In this document: piece after piece, positions 27,015-39,809 of the stretch | How the letters are laid out: every line of letters starts with the position of its first letter | Numbering within the stretch: the stretch's first letter is position 1 | Source: Enoplolaimus lenunculus | Lineage: Eukaryota | Direction of reading: 5' to 3' | Assembly: GCA_030248215.1 (NCBI GenBank) | Contig: JASANG010001402.1 | Span: 62,001-126,000 of the forward strand | Length of the DNA stretch: 64,000 nt | Position numbers and translations under genes: made by a program | The notes under the pieces: model-generated | Databases searched by the model: none | Seen by the model: only the letters and a program-made list of their open reading frames with translations | What the model was told of the DNA's origin: nothing

Positions 27015-30000
27015 TCACGTTGTCTTCTTGTCCGCATTCCGTTTAATAGGCACAAAAATCGGTGTAAATATATAAACGCATAGTGCGACAACGTACACGA
27101 CAAAGTATGTATCCCTGAAACAAGATAAATAAATAGAATACGCACCACACATTTAAAGGCTTTTCCACACTGGTTCGAGAGTAAAACACCGCAACCAACA
27201 TCTGTTTAGTTACGGCAATATATCACAGTAGCGGTTAATGCGATCCACAGCACAATATTGTCGTTACTTCACAGCGCATTTAAAGCAACTTCGATTCCGA
27301 TCCAAAATTGCGAATATTTCGTTCCATTACCTACGGATTTACGTATTCTATTAATTTAAATGTTCTTTCTGAATTCAGTACACAAACGCAATGCAAAAGC
27401 CACTATAATACCCGGGGAACGAATTATTGAACGCTGAAAAGTTTAGTTTAAAATTACCATACCATATTTCGTACCAACTGCTTTACCAACCCATCCATGC
27501 TGAGCCTTTGTTGCCCCCAAAACCTTGCTGCATCTACTCTACTTACTTCATAACTTTAAAAATTGACTCAAATTTGAGCAAAACAAACGCAGCCGCCGCA
27601 AAACTGAACACAAAACGATTTGCTACAAATGTGACTACATCGTATGCGAATTTACGCGATTTCGATTGCAACATATACGGACGAAAGTGTCGTCGACCCT
27701 GAAAAACAAATATTATTTTCTACCCAAACAACATAGAACCTATAGTTATTCGTATTTACATATTATTCTTAAAAACATTACGCAGTTGCAAAAATGGTAG
27801 TTAAATAAATACATCTTGCCCAGATCATGTCCCCATAGCCCGCTATCATAAAAAATGTAAAAATGCTAAATAATTGATGTAACCAAAAAATTCAAAACTA
27901 TTTGCAACCTTCCCAAATAATCTTCAGACATCGCATGCTTTGTAGTTCTCGTAGCAGCAATTAATTCACTGGAATTTATGCTACTTAATTTATTTAGCAC
28001 GTGTGAGCTTTCTTTGTTAACACTTGCAGCCAGGGTGCAAAGCGGAACTGGATTATACCGGAATCGGAACAGCAAATTTATACCGGAGTTGTAATCAGAA
28101 TCGGAATCAAATCAAGAAATTTTGTGACTGTACGTATAATTTGTATTGACAAATATAATATTGATTTAGGATATCTGTTGCCTGGCAACATTCTTCAAAA
28201 ACGTCGCATGAACGAACTGGCTATGATTTTTGGTGCTGTAAAGCTAAACTACAATCAATTATTGATAGGTTAACTCAGCGAAAGAAATTAAATAACTAAT
28301 ATAGAATTTTTATGCAACGTATCACAAGTAAGATTAAAATTCATATTTCAAAATTTCGATTCCGATTCCGATTGCGCGTTAGGAATCGGAACTCGTTTTG
28401 AATCGAAATTCTAATCGAAATCGGAATTCCGGTTGCACGCTGCTTGTAGCTGCAAGTTACTGCTGCAAGTTACAGCTATCAGTTATCGCTGCAAAAACTT
28501 GCACGTTACACGTGTAAACTGGACTTATATTATTAAAACTTATCCATTACATTCATACAGTCTCGCAAGTTCTAGCTACATCTCCATTCCATCCTCATAC
28601 ATCTATACGACATTAAAATTTTTATACTCAACTAAAAGGAGAAAAAATAATTACGCACAACATACCAGCCGGGCAACACTGGTAAAACACGCAACCGAAA
28701 AGAATGTTACATAGTAGCCAGGAAAAAAACCATGCCACCACGCTGACAATGCAAAGGTTCCCATGGTACGATAGGACGCAGGCAACCGATTATAGGCACA
28801 ATGACGTAACCAAATCATCGTATTAATATTCCATGACTCCAATGATTCACGCATATTCAGACCAGTCTACAAATGTAAAACAATTAGTGCGGTGCTATAA
28901 CTCACGTACGATACTGTATGGCGACGCTGTATGGCGATGGACAGGGACCGTCGGCGCTGCACAAGTATAGCGCTAGCCCTAGGGGTACACTAACTCTACG
29001 TCCAAACAGATTTGATACAATTTCGTATTTGTTGCTTTCCCGCATTTCGCAAAGACGCTCCAAACATAAACATAAAATATAGCGCCACCTTAAAGAAGAA
29101 AATTTTGCTACATTTTGGTATGCACTAGGGACAGTCGGCGGATGGTATCGAACGTCATTTAAAAATTAACAACATCGTTAGGGTAGCGCTATACTTTTCG
29201 CAAAATTTGGTTTAATAAATAGTACGCGGCGCCATTTGGTCATGTCTAAATGTCAAGCGGAACAAATAGATGCTCAAGACACGACGTATACCACATACCA
29301 TTTTAAACATATGAACAGTCCATTATAATTTCTGTGCTAATCACTCGCAAAAAATGTATTTTTAATACTAAAATTTAAAATGTCAAAACGTTAACCTCAA
29401 CACGCCAAGTATCAACATTTGATACGAGATTCCACCTCGGATGCCCGTCTTCGTTGTAACCGTTAAAGCCAAATCCAGCAGCGTTAGTTACGGCGTCCGC
29501 TGACAACAAATTATTAGTATTGTAGATAAGACTAAATTTAAATATTCGAAATTACATAACAAAAAATAAATAGGAACATTAAAACAAAGTATAAATAGAA
29601 CAACTTAAACTACACCGATTTAACGGATAACAAAAGAATCAAACTATACTGATTGCTCGTGTTTGATTTAATAATGAGGGAAATTACAAGTCCAGTTACA
29701 GAGTTTTAAATTTAGCGTGATACAACTATTATCTAGATTCTTGTGCATTATTTACTACACAGCAACACAATGTATCTACAGCGCTAAAGTCTACGACAGT
29801 AATCTGAGACGTGTGTTGCAGCTATTACCAGCAGTGACAGGCGCAAACAATCACTAAACATGAATTACCGCTTATCCAAGCATAGTAATATTGGGTTCGC
29901 ACCAATGTAAGTGAAAACAGTAAATACGCGATTTCGCCAACGAATGTCCACTCTCCGGCTGAAACAACAACCGAAAAATTACATAGCTAAAGAAAAACCA

Positions 30001-33000
30001 AATTGCAAATATCTGCAAAAACAGATTTTGATTCGCATTATCTAATTTGCATACGCACGTATGTCTATTATAACTGTAATACCATCATATATATTGGTTA
30101 CTTTTGGCGTGGACCGATTATATATTTGTTGAAGCTACACAAGGTCTGTGGATTATTAAATATATATTGTAATTGGATGAGCTATCTCCTAGAATACGTT
30201 TTCACTTTTGTTGGGTGGCCCCGATTCCAGCCAGTTACCGATGACCAGTTACCACTGACCGCAAACGTGACGGAGCGGCTCACAGAGTCTGTACAAATAA
30301 GTAACGAGTTTTAACAATAGTTTTGCAAGAAATATTACTTGTTTTTAACGAGAATCAATCTACGAACAGTAAAACATGTCACTGAATATAACTTGTAATA
30401 CAAAAAATAAAGCCGATCAAACTGATGTAACAATAGTGTATTAGACGTTTCTTGGTTTAAATAATCAATTCACGTACATAAAACAGCTTCAACTGGATAC
30501 ACGTTTGCTAAATATCCGGCTGTATACAGGAAAAACAATGCAGTAGCCTGTTTTACAAGCACCACACGCTAAAACAAACCATTCACTTTACTATAAGGTT
30601 CAATCGGATACCAAAAGATACTTGAGCCGAAGCCTTATATTTAAGCCCATACTTCGTTCGACAAAAACTAAAACTTAATGACGCTAATTCAGTATTATGC
30701 GTTATAGGGTTGTTTTTTCCGGAAAAAATTAGGACCAGAAAAAAATGAATTTTTTCCATTTTTTCCGCAAAAAATGAAAAAGTCCTTCTTTGCCTGAGTC
30801 GCGTTAGTATTCCCCAGTACGCTCATAGGTAATCATGTAACACAACACAATATAAAATCAGGATCGATGCAGTTTGCAGAGCTGTAAAACCACCCTGGTT
30901 GAGCCCTCGAGAAAAAACTTTGAATTAGTCACAAAAGCTTTCGAACACTTACAGTTGGGTCAGCCACTGTTCCATCACCAGGTTTTTCTATAGGCACGTT
31001 TCCATGCTAAAACACAAACACATGTAATATTCCATCTAATGTACAGTTTGTTCTTGGCAAACCAATTTCATAACAGACCAGTACAAGGCATTTTGTAAAA
31101 CAATCCGTTGGCGTGACCAAGATTTTGGAAACGGTGTGGTATAGGTTCCGAAAAAATTTCGAAGGAGAGGGTGCAGTTTCTTATATGAAAACGCTTTACA
31201 AAAATATTAAAGGTTTCACCACACCACTAGGCTACCCCCATGAATCAAAAATTTGAAACCTAAACGCTTACAAACGAACGCCAGGAAATGAAAAACATTG
31301 TTTTCAAAAAAGCAACAACCAAGCAAGCAATTTTCAAACCAAAAATACCCGAAAAACAATGAAAATACCCAACCACATACTTAACTAGAACAAGCAAACT
31401 TACCATAGGCCGACTTCTTGATTCACTCCAATAATCGCGGCCTTCGACAAATGCAACATAGTCTTCGTAGAAGCAAAATGGACCACACAGAATGGAATGA
31501 AAATTGATCAAATACGACATAAACGGGACAAACGATGGGCGCAATCTAAAATAATCTACAAGTTTCTAGACGTTAAATGAAATGGAAAACCATTTTTATG
31601 TCTTCCAAAACGATCTATAAAGGAACTAACTTTACTGATAAGCGAGGAAATATACAACTTCATTATTGCTACTTTAAATATAAGGGAACAACCGGGATTA
31701 CGGTGCAGGTTCCGCATTTTCACCTACCGGTTCCGGTATTAAATTTTGATCAGTGGAAATTAAGATATTTTATTACAAAATGACGATAAAAATTCAATTG
31801 GCCTTGACAATCGCCACAAATAAACCACCGAAAGTAGATTTCGCACCTGTGCACTATGAAAATCTAAAATACAGCAGATAAAGCGAATACTTATTTCCAA
31901 CTACTGCCAACTAGGGTTATTTCACCAATAATATTGCAAAAAACAAAATAAAACTGAATTTTTCGGTGGCACGTATTTCTCATTTTACGGTTCCGTTTCC
32001 GGTTGTTTTTTCAAACTGCGGTTCCGGTAAATTGTTATATATTAGTATCTGTGTTCGCTATTCTAAGGACAAAACGAGCTGAAAACCAAATCTTCCATGT
32101 AACCAGGAGAGGGGTCTAATGAGTCTAAACCCCAATCAATTAACCAATAAATTTTTTACGGCATGTCATGTCGTTATCAAGTTATATTTTGAACACCCTT
32201 GCACAATAATAAACATTTTTTAACGAGATCGGAATATTCTACACTATATACTCCAGTCCCCTTTCAATACGAAATTCTGGTTATGCGCCTGCAAGAATTG
32301 CATCCCTAATTTTGCGAACCTTAAGTCACCAGCATCTGTTATCGACGATTTAGCGACATAGACTTCATTGTTGTTGACTTCTGGTTCAGCACGGAAACCC
32401 ATAGTCGAACTTTGATCATCGATCTTTTTCGCTAGTGCAAGTTTCCGAGCATCGTATGTATCGAATGATAACATGAGAACTTTCTGTGTTAAGATCATCA
32501 TTGGCCTACAGCAAGAAGGTTAAACCTACAACTTACAATTCGAATATCTGAAATAGTTGTCAGGGATACATATAAAATGTTAAAGAAAGACAGTTGGTTA
32601 TTAACAAACCCGCCAAGTTCTCAGAATGCAATTCTTTGAAGCCACATTACATCATTCTTAAAGCTAAGAAATGACCGCGGAGGAATCTAGATTGGAGATG
32701 GAGTTTGAACGGCAGGAAAAACTTCGACGATGGTTTCGGACGAGTGGGGCCCCCATAACAACCTCTTCAGTAGCGAATCCGAAGCGGAAAAATTTCTACT
32801 ATTATATAAAGCTGTACTGTTATATAAAGCATACTGCAAAACAGCGATATACACGTATTTATTTTTATATATACACGTACACGTATAAAACTATACACTA
32901 ATAATTCAAATGATTAATGGTACTTACGCTGTTATATCAATAACATACGACGTCGCAAAATAGAACCGATAAAAATGAATGAATGATAAATATCCCATTG

Positions 33001-33876
33001 ATACAATGCACGCAAATCTGAAACGATTACATACATTCGAACGCATAACGCAATTAAACTTCGGATTAGTTAAAAACAAAACATTACAAATGCCGAACTG
33101 AAAGGTAACACAACTAGCAAAACACAAAAACAAGAACATATAAACATAAACAAAAACTTACATATGAGAATATTTCTCGGGTCCATACGCTAGGATCAAG
33201 AAGCATAATGTTGCATCAGCTAGCAAATGTTTTGTTGCGCTACAATCAAAGTAATAAACATGTTATATACATACCCTAAGCCCAGAAATGCCCTGGACAT
33301 GAAAATTGCTTACGGATAACATGTTAGCATAAGAGGAAAATATTAAGTAACAAATTAAACCAGAAAACATTGTCTCTTACAGGCCATAGCAAAAGAGGCA
33401 TAATGCCATCCCAAAAGCGCACGCTATAATGTAACGTGCGTTAGCTGATACACGTTTCGGAGACGCAAATCGAGAATATGCAAACCCCATTGGAACACAA
33501 ACGAACATGGATATGACAAAGTTAACCTGTAAACAACAAACATATATAATTAAATTCCACATATATGTCCGCTTAAACTGTTGCAAAACTTTGCCCGCCC
33601 TCCGGTGACATACAATCACAAGCCTGATAGTAGCTCGGTCAAAGTTGGCAACACAACACACTAAAACATCGATGCCCTAAAATTGCATGAAACCCGATCT
33701 TTAAGAAATCAAACAGCACAATATGTTAAATATTAAAAATTGTATTTATATATGGTAGAAAATTTTATATTAAAAATTTGACTGTAAAAAACTACCTGAT
33801 CTACATTAAGCCCCAATGGCTCGCATAATGGCTCAAACAACCTAGACCCAGAGTAAAAAGTGTAGTGACCAGGCAT
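27015..33876 (-). CDS. Membrane-bound O-acyltransferase, MBOAT1/2 (Oysgedart-like) lysophospholipid acyltransferase, 504 aa
   Basis: Thirteen phase-consistent exons: 33876-33796, 33526-33381, 33239-33162, 33017-32928, 32505-32320, 31545-31404, 31006-30953, 30568-30478, 29958-29869, 29499-29396, 28866-28666, 27698-27547, 27114-27015 (TGA); 1515 nt. Family motifs: GS..FEPL...LGL.VDQVNFV, DITAPMMILTQK, GPFC.Y.DY..F.EG, YYYAWISADAV.NAAGFGFNG, SWNINT..WLR, SAWWHGFFPGYY (catalytic His). Confidence 0.95.
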
Positions 33877-34043
33877 GCTACAAATAATGTTGTGAATTCA
33901 AATAATGTTAATGATAATTGTACATATGAATATGATCAATCGGACGTGAACCATGTGCTCCAGATTTCTGAAAATGAAATGAATGTTGTCGGATTTTCAT
34001 GTGTACGGCTTGCGTGTTTTAGATCTATGACGATAGCGTACTC

Positions 34044-34468
34044 GCATTTCACCAACGGCAAGGCCGGTTTTCAAGTTTTACTATGAAACCTTTGTAAAAG
34101 TAAGGCATAGGCACGGTTATACAGATGAATTATTATACAAAAGAACAATGGATCATACGGTTTCTACCAATGCTGATCTGGCGACAAGTTCTAAGCCTCG
34201 CGTATTAGGGACTGCTTGTACGGGTGTGATAGTTTGTGTATTACGGTCGATGCAGATACCTAAACTTTTACGCGTGTATTTAAACAGAGCAGAGCGTTGT
34301 CGAGCCCCGGTGCGCCCGTTGAACGCACTACCTAACACTTTATAACAATTTTTACCATGATACATTGTTCTTTTGTAAAATAATTCATCTGTATAACCGT
34401 GCCTGTGTCTTCTTTGTACAAACGTTTCATAGTAAAACTTGAAAAACGGCCATGCCGTTGGTGAAAGG
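34044..34468. mobile_element. MITE/fold-back element with inverted arms of about 115 bp
   Basis: gcatttcaccaacggcaaggcc...cacggttatacagatgaattat...caaaagaacaatg (34044-34160) is the reverse complement of 34355-34468. Confidence 0.8.
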
Positions 34469-34470
34469 CT

Positions 34471-35237
34471 TGTGATAAGTTTGGTAGACTAGGGTACGAC
34501 AGTTGTTCAGTTTTTAGTTCTCAGCAGCTTAAAATGAGGGACGCTCCCAATAGGTTTCGAACTCGGTCGACAGATTTTTCAGTCCAGCGCGCTATCCACT
34601 GAGCCACGCCGCCTCACAATCACCTGTTGAGTTTTTCTATTCTTATGCCTTATAAGAAACTCAACATTATACAAATGTATCTTGGTACTTCCATGTTTTA
34701 CTGCTGCTGCATATGAAGGCACTACATATGCAGTAGTGTTTTTACCGATGTACAGCATCAGCATGAGGTTATTATTTGCCTCCATAACACACAAGCCGTA
34801 TATATGAAAATCTGACATAGTAACCACGATGGGACCGCAATGGCAAACTGCCGTGGTAGAACCAAAAATATATATAAGTTGGCGGTGAAGGGATGACCTT
34901 GCAGAAAAACCTACGGATGTGACATGCGGATGCATAGAGACAAGTAATAACCTCGTGCTAATGCTGCACATCGCTAAAACGTCAATGCATATGTAGTGCC
35001 TTCATATGCAGAAGCGGTTACAACATTGAAGAACCAAGATGTGTTTGTATGTTGAAGTTCTAATAAGGCATAAAACAGAAAAACTAGCAGTTGATTGTGA
35101 GGCAGCATGACGCAGTGGCTAGCGCGCTGGACTAATAATCTGTCGACCAAGTTCGAAACCTCCTGGGAACGTGCCTCATTTTCAGCAGCTAACTCAAAAC
35201 TAAAAACCGTCATGCCCCAGCCAAATTACTTATCACA
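34471..35237. mobile_element. Fold-back element with imperfect inverted arms of about 260 bp, each containing a tRNA-like cassette
   Basis: The left arm 34471-34735 and right arm 34985-35237 are reverse complements (tgtgataagt / acttatcaca ends; tgcatatgaaggcactacatatgca / tgcatatgtagtgccttcatatgca). The arms carry A/B-box-like GTGGCTCAGTGG...GAGTTCGAAACC. Confidence 0.78.
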
Positions 35238-36294
35238 AATGTTAGTTTTAATTCCGGAAAAAACTAGCTAAGTTATTTCTCGTATGAAAATAAAACCCGT
35301 TGAACATAAAATCGAGTGATGAATCCAGGATTTAAACTTTAGAGTTTACGGAGCAATTTTATTATGTTTTCAAGATTTAAAGATTGAGCGGTAGCTTTTT
35401 AAGCAGAGTGTATACGGATAGTAAAAATAACTGAAACATAATACGGATATTGAAGTATGAAAGTTTCAAAAACGTTTTGTTTTTATGCCAACAGAATTAA
35501 GACGTTGAAATATACATCGGTCCTTCAAAAATTTCAAAGAAAAACGTGGATTACCGGAAACGGATATGCGGTTTAGACCCTAGCGTTAAGTTAATTTTAT
35601 AACCGCTCGTTTTCAATCGGCTATAAAAGTGTATTGCTCCAACACAAGTTGAATTCGGACCCTGTAGAGAAAGGCGGATTTTGCCCTTTCAGCATTTTCG
35701 GGTTACGCCACTAAAAGAGACATTAATTTTATCTACGGTCATATTCTGAAAAACTAGCAGCATCTGTCACCTGTCTTCGAAAGGTTTTCGAACTGACGAA
35801 CTCAAATTGCGAAACTCAAAATTGGCACAAAAATAGGACGAGTCAAATACAAAAAGATGCCGGAATTCGAACCTCACCAAAAGAACGCTTTGAAACCTAT
35901 AAGGCCTTGTAATAATACCATCAAATGAACAGTGCTAGATACATTTTGGAATAGGGGCATTGATGATTGCAAAAAATGAAGGGTAAGAGTTGGTTGTATA
36001 AGCAGTCTCTTCTTTATATTTCTCAAAAATCTCCTAACAACATAGCCACCGTATTAAGGAGTGGAATAGCGATTGCGATTTTCAATTTTTAAAATTTCCT
36101 GTAATATGTGCAAAGATTATAAGAACATATTCGTATGTTGTCGTATATTTGAAATTATAGATCTCGCTTATAAATTTGTATTTATTTCATATCTATTAAA
36201 ACGTGAATAGTTTATTGTTGCTTATATTTTTCATTCATATTTTTCATTTTTGATTCTATATCTTGTGAAATTGCTTTTCTGAACCTGTTTCGTA

Positions 36295-39200
36295 ATGGTA
36301 AGTAAAGTTGAAAGTTTTGGCAAAATGGCACCAGTTTAGAAAACAAACGTCGCCGGTAGTAATACTTTACGCCATTTAACGTAACGGTATGCTGGGGTTG
36401 AAATACACTTATATTACCTACACAAAAACCCGTTCAAAACAGTTATGTAACAGTGAACCGTATTTAGGTGGAATAGCTGTGGTTTGTCAGAACTGCACGG
36501 TCAGGACGACCCCTTATTCTGAAAGATATGGCCACGCCGGGAATTCCCAAGAATGTATGTGTCTTGACATTACACACTCTGCACATACACAAGCTACATC
36601 GCGTATACCCACATTCCTCGTTCTTTAGGCGGTCGCCCCGGAACGCGAATCCAAATTTCTCTGAATCCGTGGGCCTGCAAATTACAGCGTCCATCTCGGT
36701 GGGACCTATATGTCAGAACTGCACGGTCGATACGACCCCTTTTTCCGAAAGATATGGCCACGCCGGGAATTGAGCCTCGGACCTCTCGCTCACGAGTCAA
36801 GCGCGTTACCCATTACACCATGCGTCCGATATCATAATTTCATCTGATGCTATATGTGCCCAAGAATGTATGTGTCTTAACATTACATACTCTGCACATC
36901 CACAAGCTACATCGCGTATACCCACATGGTTTAGGTAATAGCACTAAGATAACGGCTGTCCGTGTGTTTAAATACAGTTGTTGCTTTTAGCCACAAAATG
37001 AATACGTTGAGCTGCATCAAAAACGAGCCGGAAGAAGGCTGGATCATGAAGAAAGAAAGTATGCTTGTCATATATTTTCTTTAAAATATCATTTCTCAAC
37101 AAATCTAGTTCTAAAACCGTTCTGAAATTATCGAAAACTTGTTACACACAATTAACTGGAGCCTTGATCAGTATATTAAGGTTTATAAGGCAGTTTTCGA
37201 AAAGTACTTGTGTACACGAGGGTGGGCTTTTGGGTAATTTCAGTGCACAAAACGAATATAAGCTAACGGCTTAGTATACGGCTTTTTTACGATATATATC
37301 GCCACCTCACAATTATATTCTTTTTCTGATGTTGCATTACTTTGCAGGCGTAAGCGTGAAAGTCGAATGGCGCATATACGGGCACAAAAAGCGAAAAAAC
37401 TGCGTGGGATAAAGTATGACTTTTCCTTGAAAGTTAAAATCATGGTATTATTTCTGCCTAGCTATCGAAGGTTTTTTTAATGTGGATGGACCTTGCCTTG
37501 AACATTTGTTGTTTTTTTAATTTTGCACTGAATTGGTAATATATATTTAGTTTTTCAGCATTGAGTAAAACATGTTACAGTGCGTAGCGAAGTTACACTA
37601 TTCTTTGGCTTTGTCGACGTACGTTTCAACGAGTATACAAGGTATGGTATATATTGGAAATCTGTCTTATTTGTGTTTCAGGGCGAAACTTTACAACAAG
37701 CAACGGTATTCTGAGAAAGTGCAAATGAGAAAACTGTAAGTATTTTTATACCATTATGTTCTTGGTTCATGGTATATACTTTTGTTTTGTGTGTAATTGT
37801 GCTTACATATAGTATGATGTGGTACATGATTGGATGTTTGTGGAGCCTAAATTTTTGCTAAGATTGTTGTACTTTTCACCATTACAGGCGTTTTCTTGAG
37901 TTTCACAAGAACCAGTTGATTTATTTATTCCTGAAATCGAAAACTGTTGAGTAACTTTATTAAGGTATTGTGGTTTAAATGATCAGTTATGCAGACTTGA
38001 GGTTTTTTCTAAAATTTTATAACAGTGTGAAGTTAAGCTAATTTGGTATGTAGGTTTTAGGATATTAAACATCAACATTAATACCATCAATTTTTAAACA
38101 AATTGATAAAACTCCGAATTGGATTGACGTATTAAAAACAATTGCTAAAGGTCTAGAGAGTTCCGAGGAAAATTTTTCAAACAGATTTGTATTAAGAACC
38201 TATCTTCGGAGTATATATTGTTATATTTCAGTCTTAAAGTTCATGAAGAGAAACAACAAAAGGGTACAACAAAAGATGACGCCCCAGAAGGTGCCGTGCC
38301 GCCGTATTTATTGGACCGCGAAAAAGCAACTCGTGGCAAAGTATTGTCGAATATGATTAAGCAGAAGAGAAAAGAAAAAGCCGTAAGTGTGACGCTGTGA
38401 CGTTGGCAGTCGTAAATTTAACCCTGATTGACTATAGGTTTTAGTTGAAATCGAAAGTTCTCTATAATATGTAACTAGCTGAACCAGTAATGCATAAATG
38501 TGCAGCTGTTTTTTTGAAGATTACGTATTGACACTTTGAATAATGCAAGTATTCTGGCTGAAATTCAGGCACTTAGTTGACGTTTATATATTTTACTGCA
38601 GGGCAAATGGACAGTTCCAATTCCTAAAGTCAAGGCTGTCAGCGAGCAAGAAGCGTTTAGAGTGGTCAAATCAGGAAAGACTCGAAGTACGTCTGCTGAG
38701 AAAGATTTTAACATGTTATATGCGATTTTGCTAATGAAATAGTTTTAATTTTGGTTAAACAATAGGTTACACCAGTTCTTGTGGTGTATACCTCTAAAAT
38801 TATTGCTTGAGACGCTTATGGATGCATCTTGCGTGTGTATATTAAACTATATGGACTCGCAAAATGTTTTCAAATGGAATATTTTATGCTTTAAATACCA
38901 TTGCGCGTTAATTTTTTAAATTTTGATTCTTTGTCAATGTAAACTTGAGTTTTATGCGGTAAAATTCAAAGTAGATTCAGTGTTTGCGTAGGTATATTTG
39001 ATGGGCATACAGCTTCTGTATTAAGCATGTGAATAGGCTCTAGTTATCTAAATTGTTACTGCTACAGGAAAAGGATGGAAGCGTATGGTAACTAAAGTAT
39101 GCTATGTTGGTGAATCGTTTACTCGTAAACCCCCGAAGTTCGAAAGATTTATTCGTCCAATGGTAAGTCGCTTTTTGAAATTTGATCTGTATTCTTCAAT

Positions 39201-39809
39201 CGAAATGTACGGGTGGCCCTCTGATGCAAATTGATATGCGGTGCCGCTGTGTACGATGCCGGAGGGCGGTGAATAGCATTAAATTTGTCAAAAAGTATAT
39301 TGGGTCGGTCTGAACCGAGTATCACTCATAGTTTACGCAAATGATGGTTAGTGTACGCTCCTCTTAAGTCTTAATAGGAAACGAAAGTTGGGTGCAACCG
39401 AATATCCGGACATGGAAAAATATCGTCATTCCGTTCATTTGTTATATCTTGTCGCACCATCTTCAAGTATGTATACATAAAGATCAATATTTCGTTTAAA
39501 GTTATTCTTTGTTTTGTCACTTTACGGTAATGTTTTTTAATATGTTAGGCTTTGCGATTCAACAAAGCTCACGTTACACATCCTGAGCTCAAAACCACGT
39601 TTTGTCTTCCGATCATTGGAGTGAAGAAAAATCCAAGTTCATCAACGTATACTTCACTTGGAATTATTACGAAAGGCACAATTGTTGAAGTTAATATTAG
39701 TGAGCTCGGATTAGTGACGCAAGGTGGCAAAGTGATTTGGGGCAAATACGCACAGGTTACGAATAACCCTGAAAATGACGGATGTATCAATGCAGTGCTT
39801 CTGGTTTGA
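36295..39809 (+). CDS. NSA2: Ribosome biogenesis protein NSA2 homologue, 260 aa
   Basis: Exons 36295-36297 (ATG|gtaagt), 36991-37058 ([22 protein letters not shown]), 37348-37413, 37682-37735, 38232-38382 ([11 protein letters not shown]...[13 protein letters not shown]), 38602-38686 ([10 protein letters not shown]), 39068-39162 ([29 protein letters not shown]), 39549-39809 ([14 protein letters not shown]...[15 protein letters not shown]); 783 nt. Confidence 0.96.
36483..36925 (-). mobile_element. Two adjacent copies (one internally deleted) of the tRNA-cassette repeat in NSA2 intron 1
   Basis: tgtcagaactgcacggtc...gatatggccacgccgggaatt and cccaagaatgtatgtgtctt.acattaca...cgcgtatacccaca each occur twice. 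Only the second copy retains the tRNA-like core. Both are homologous to 17312-17565. Confidence 0.75.
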
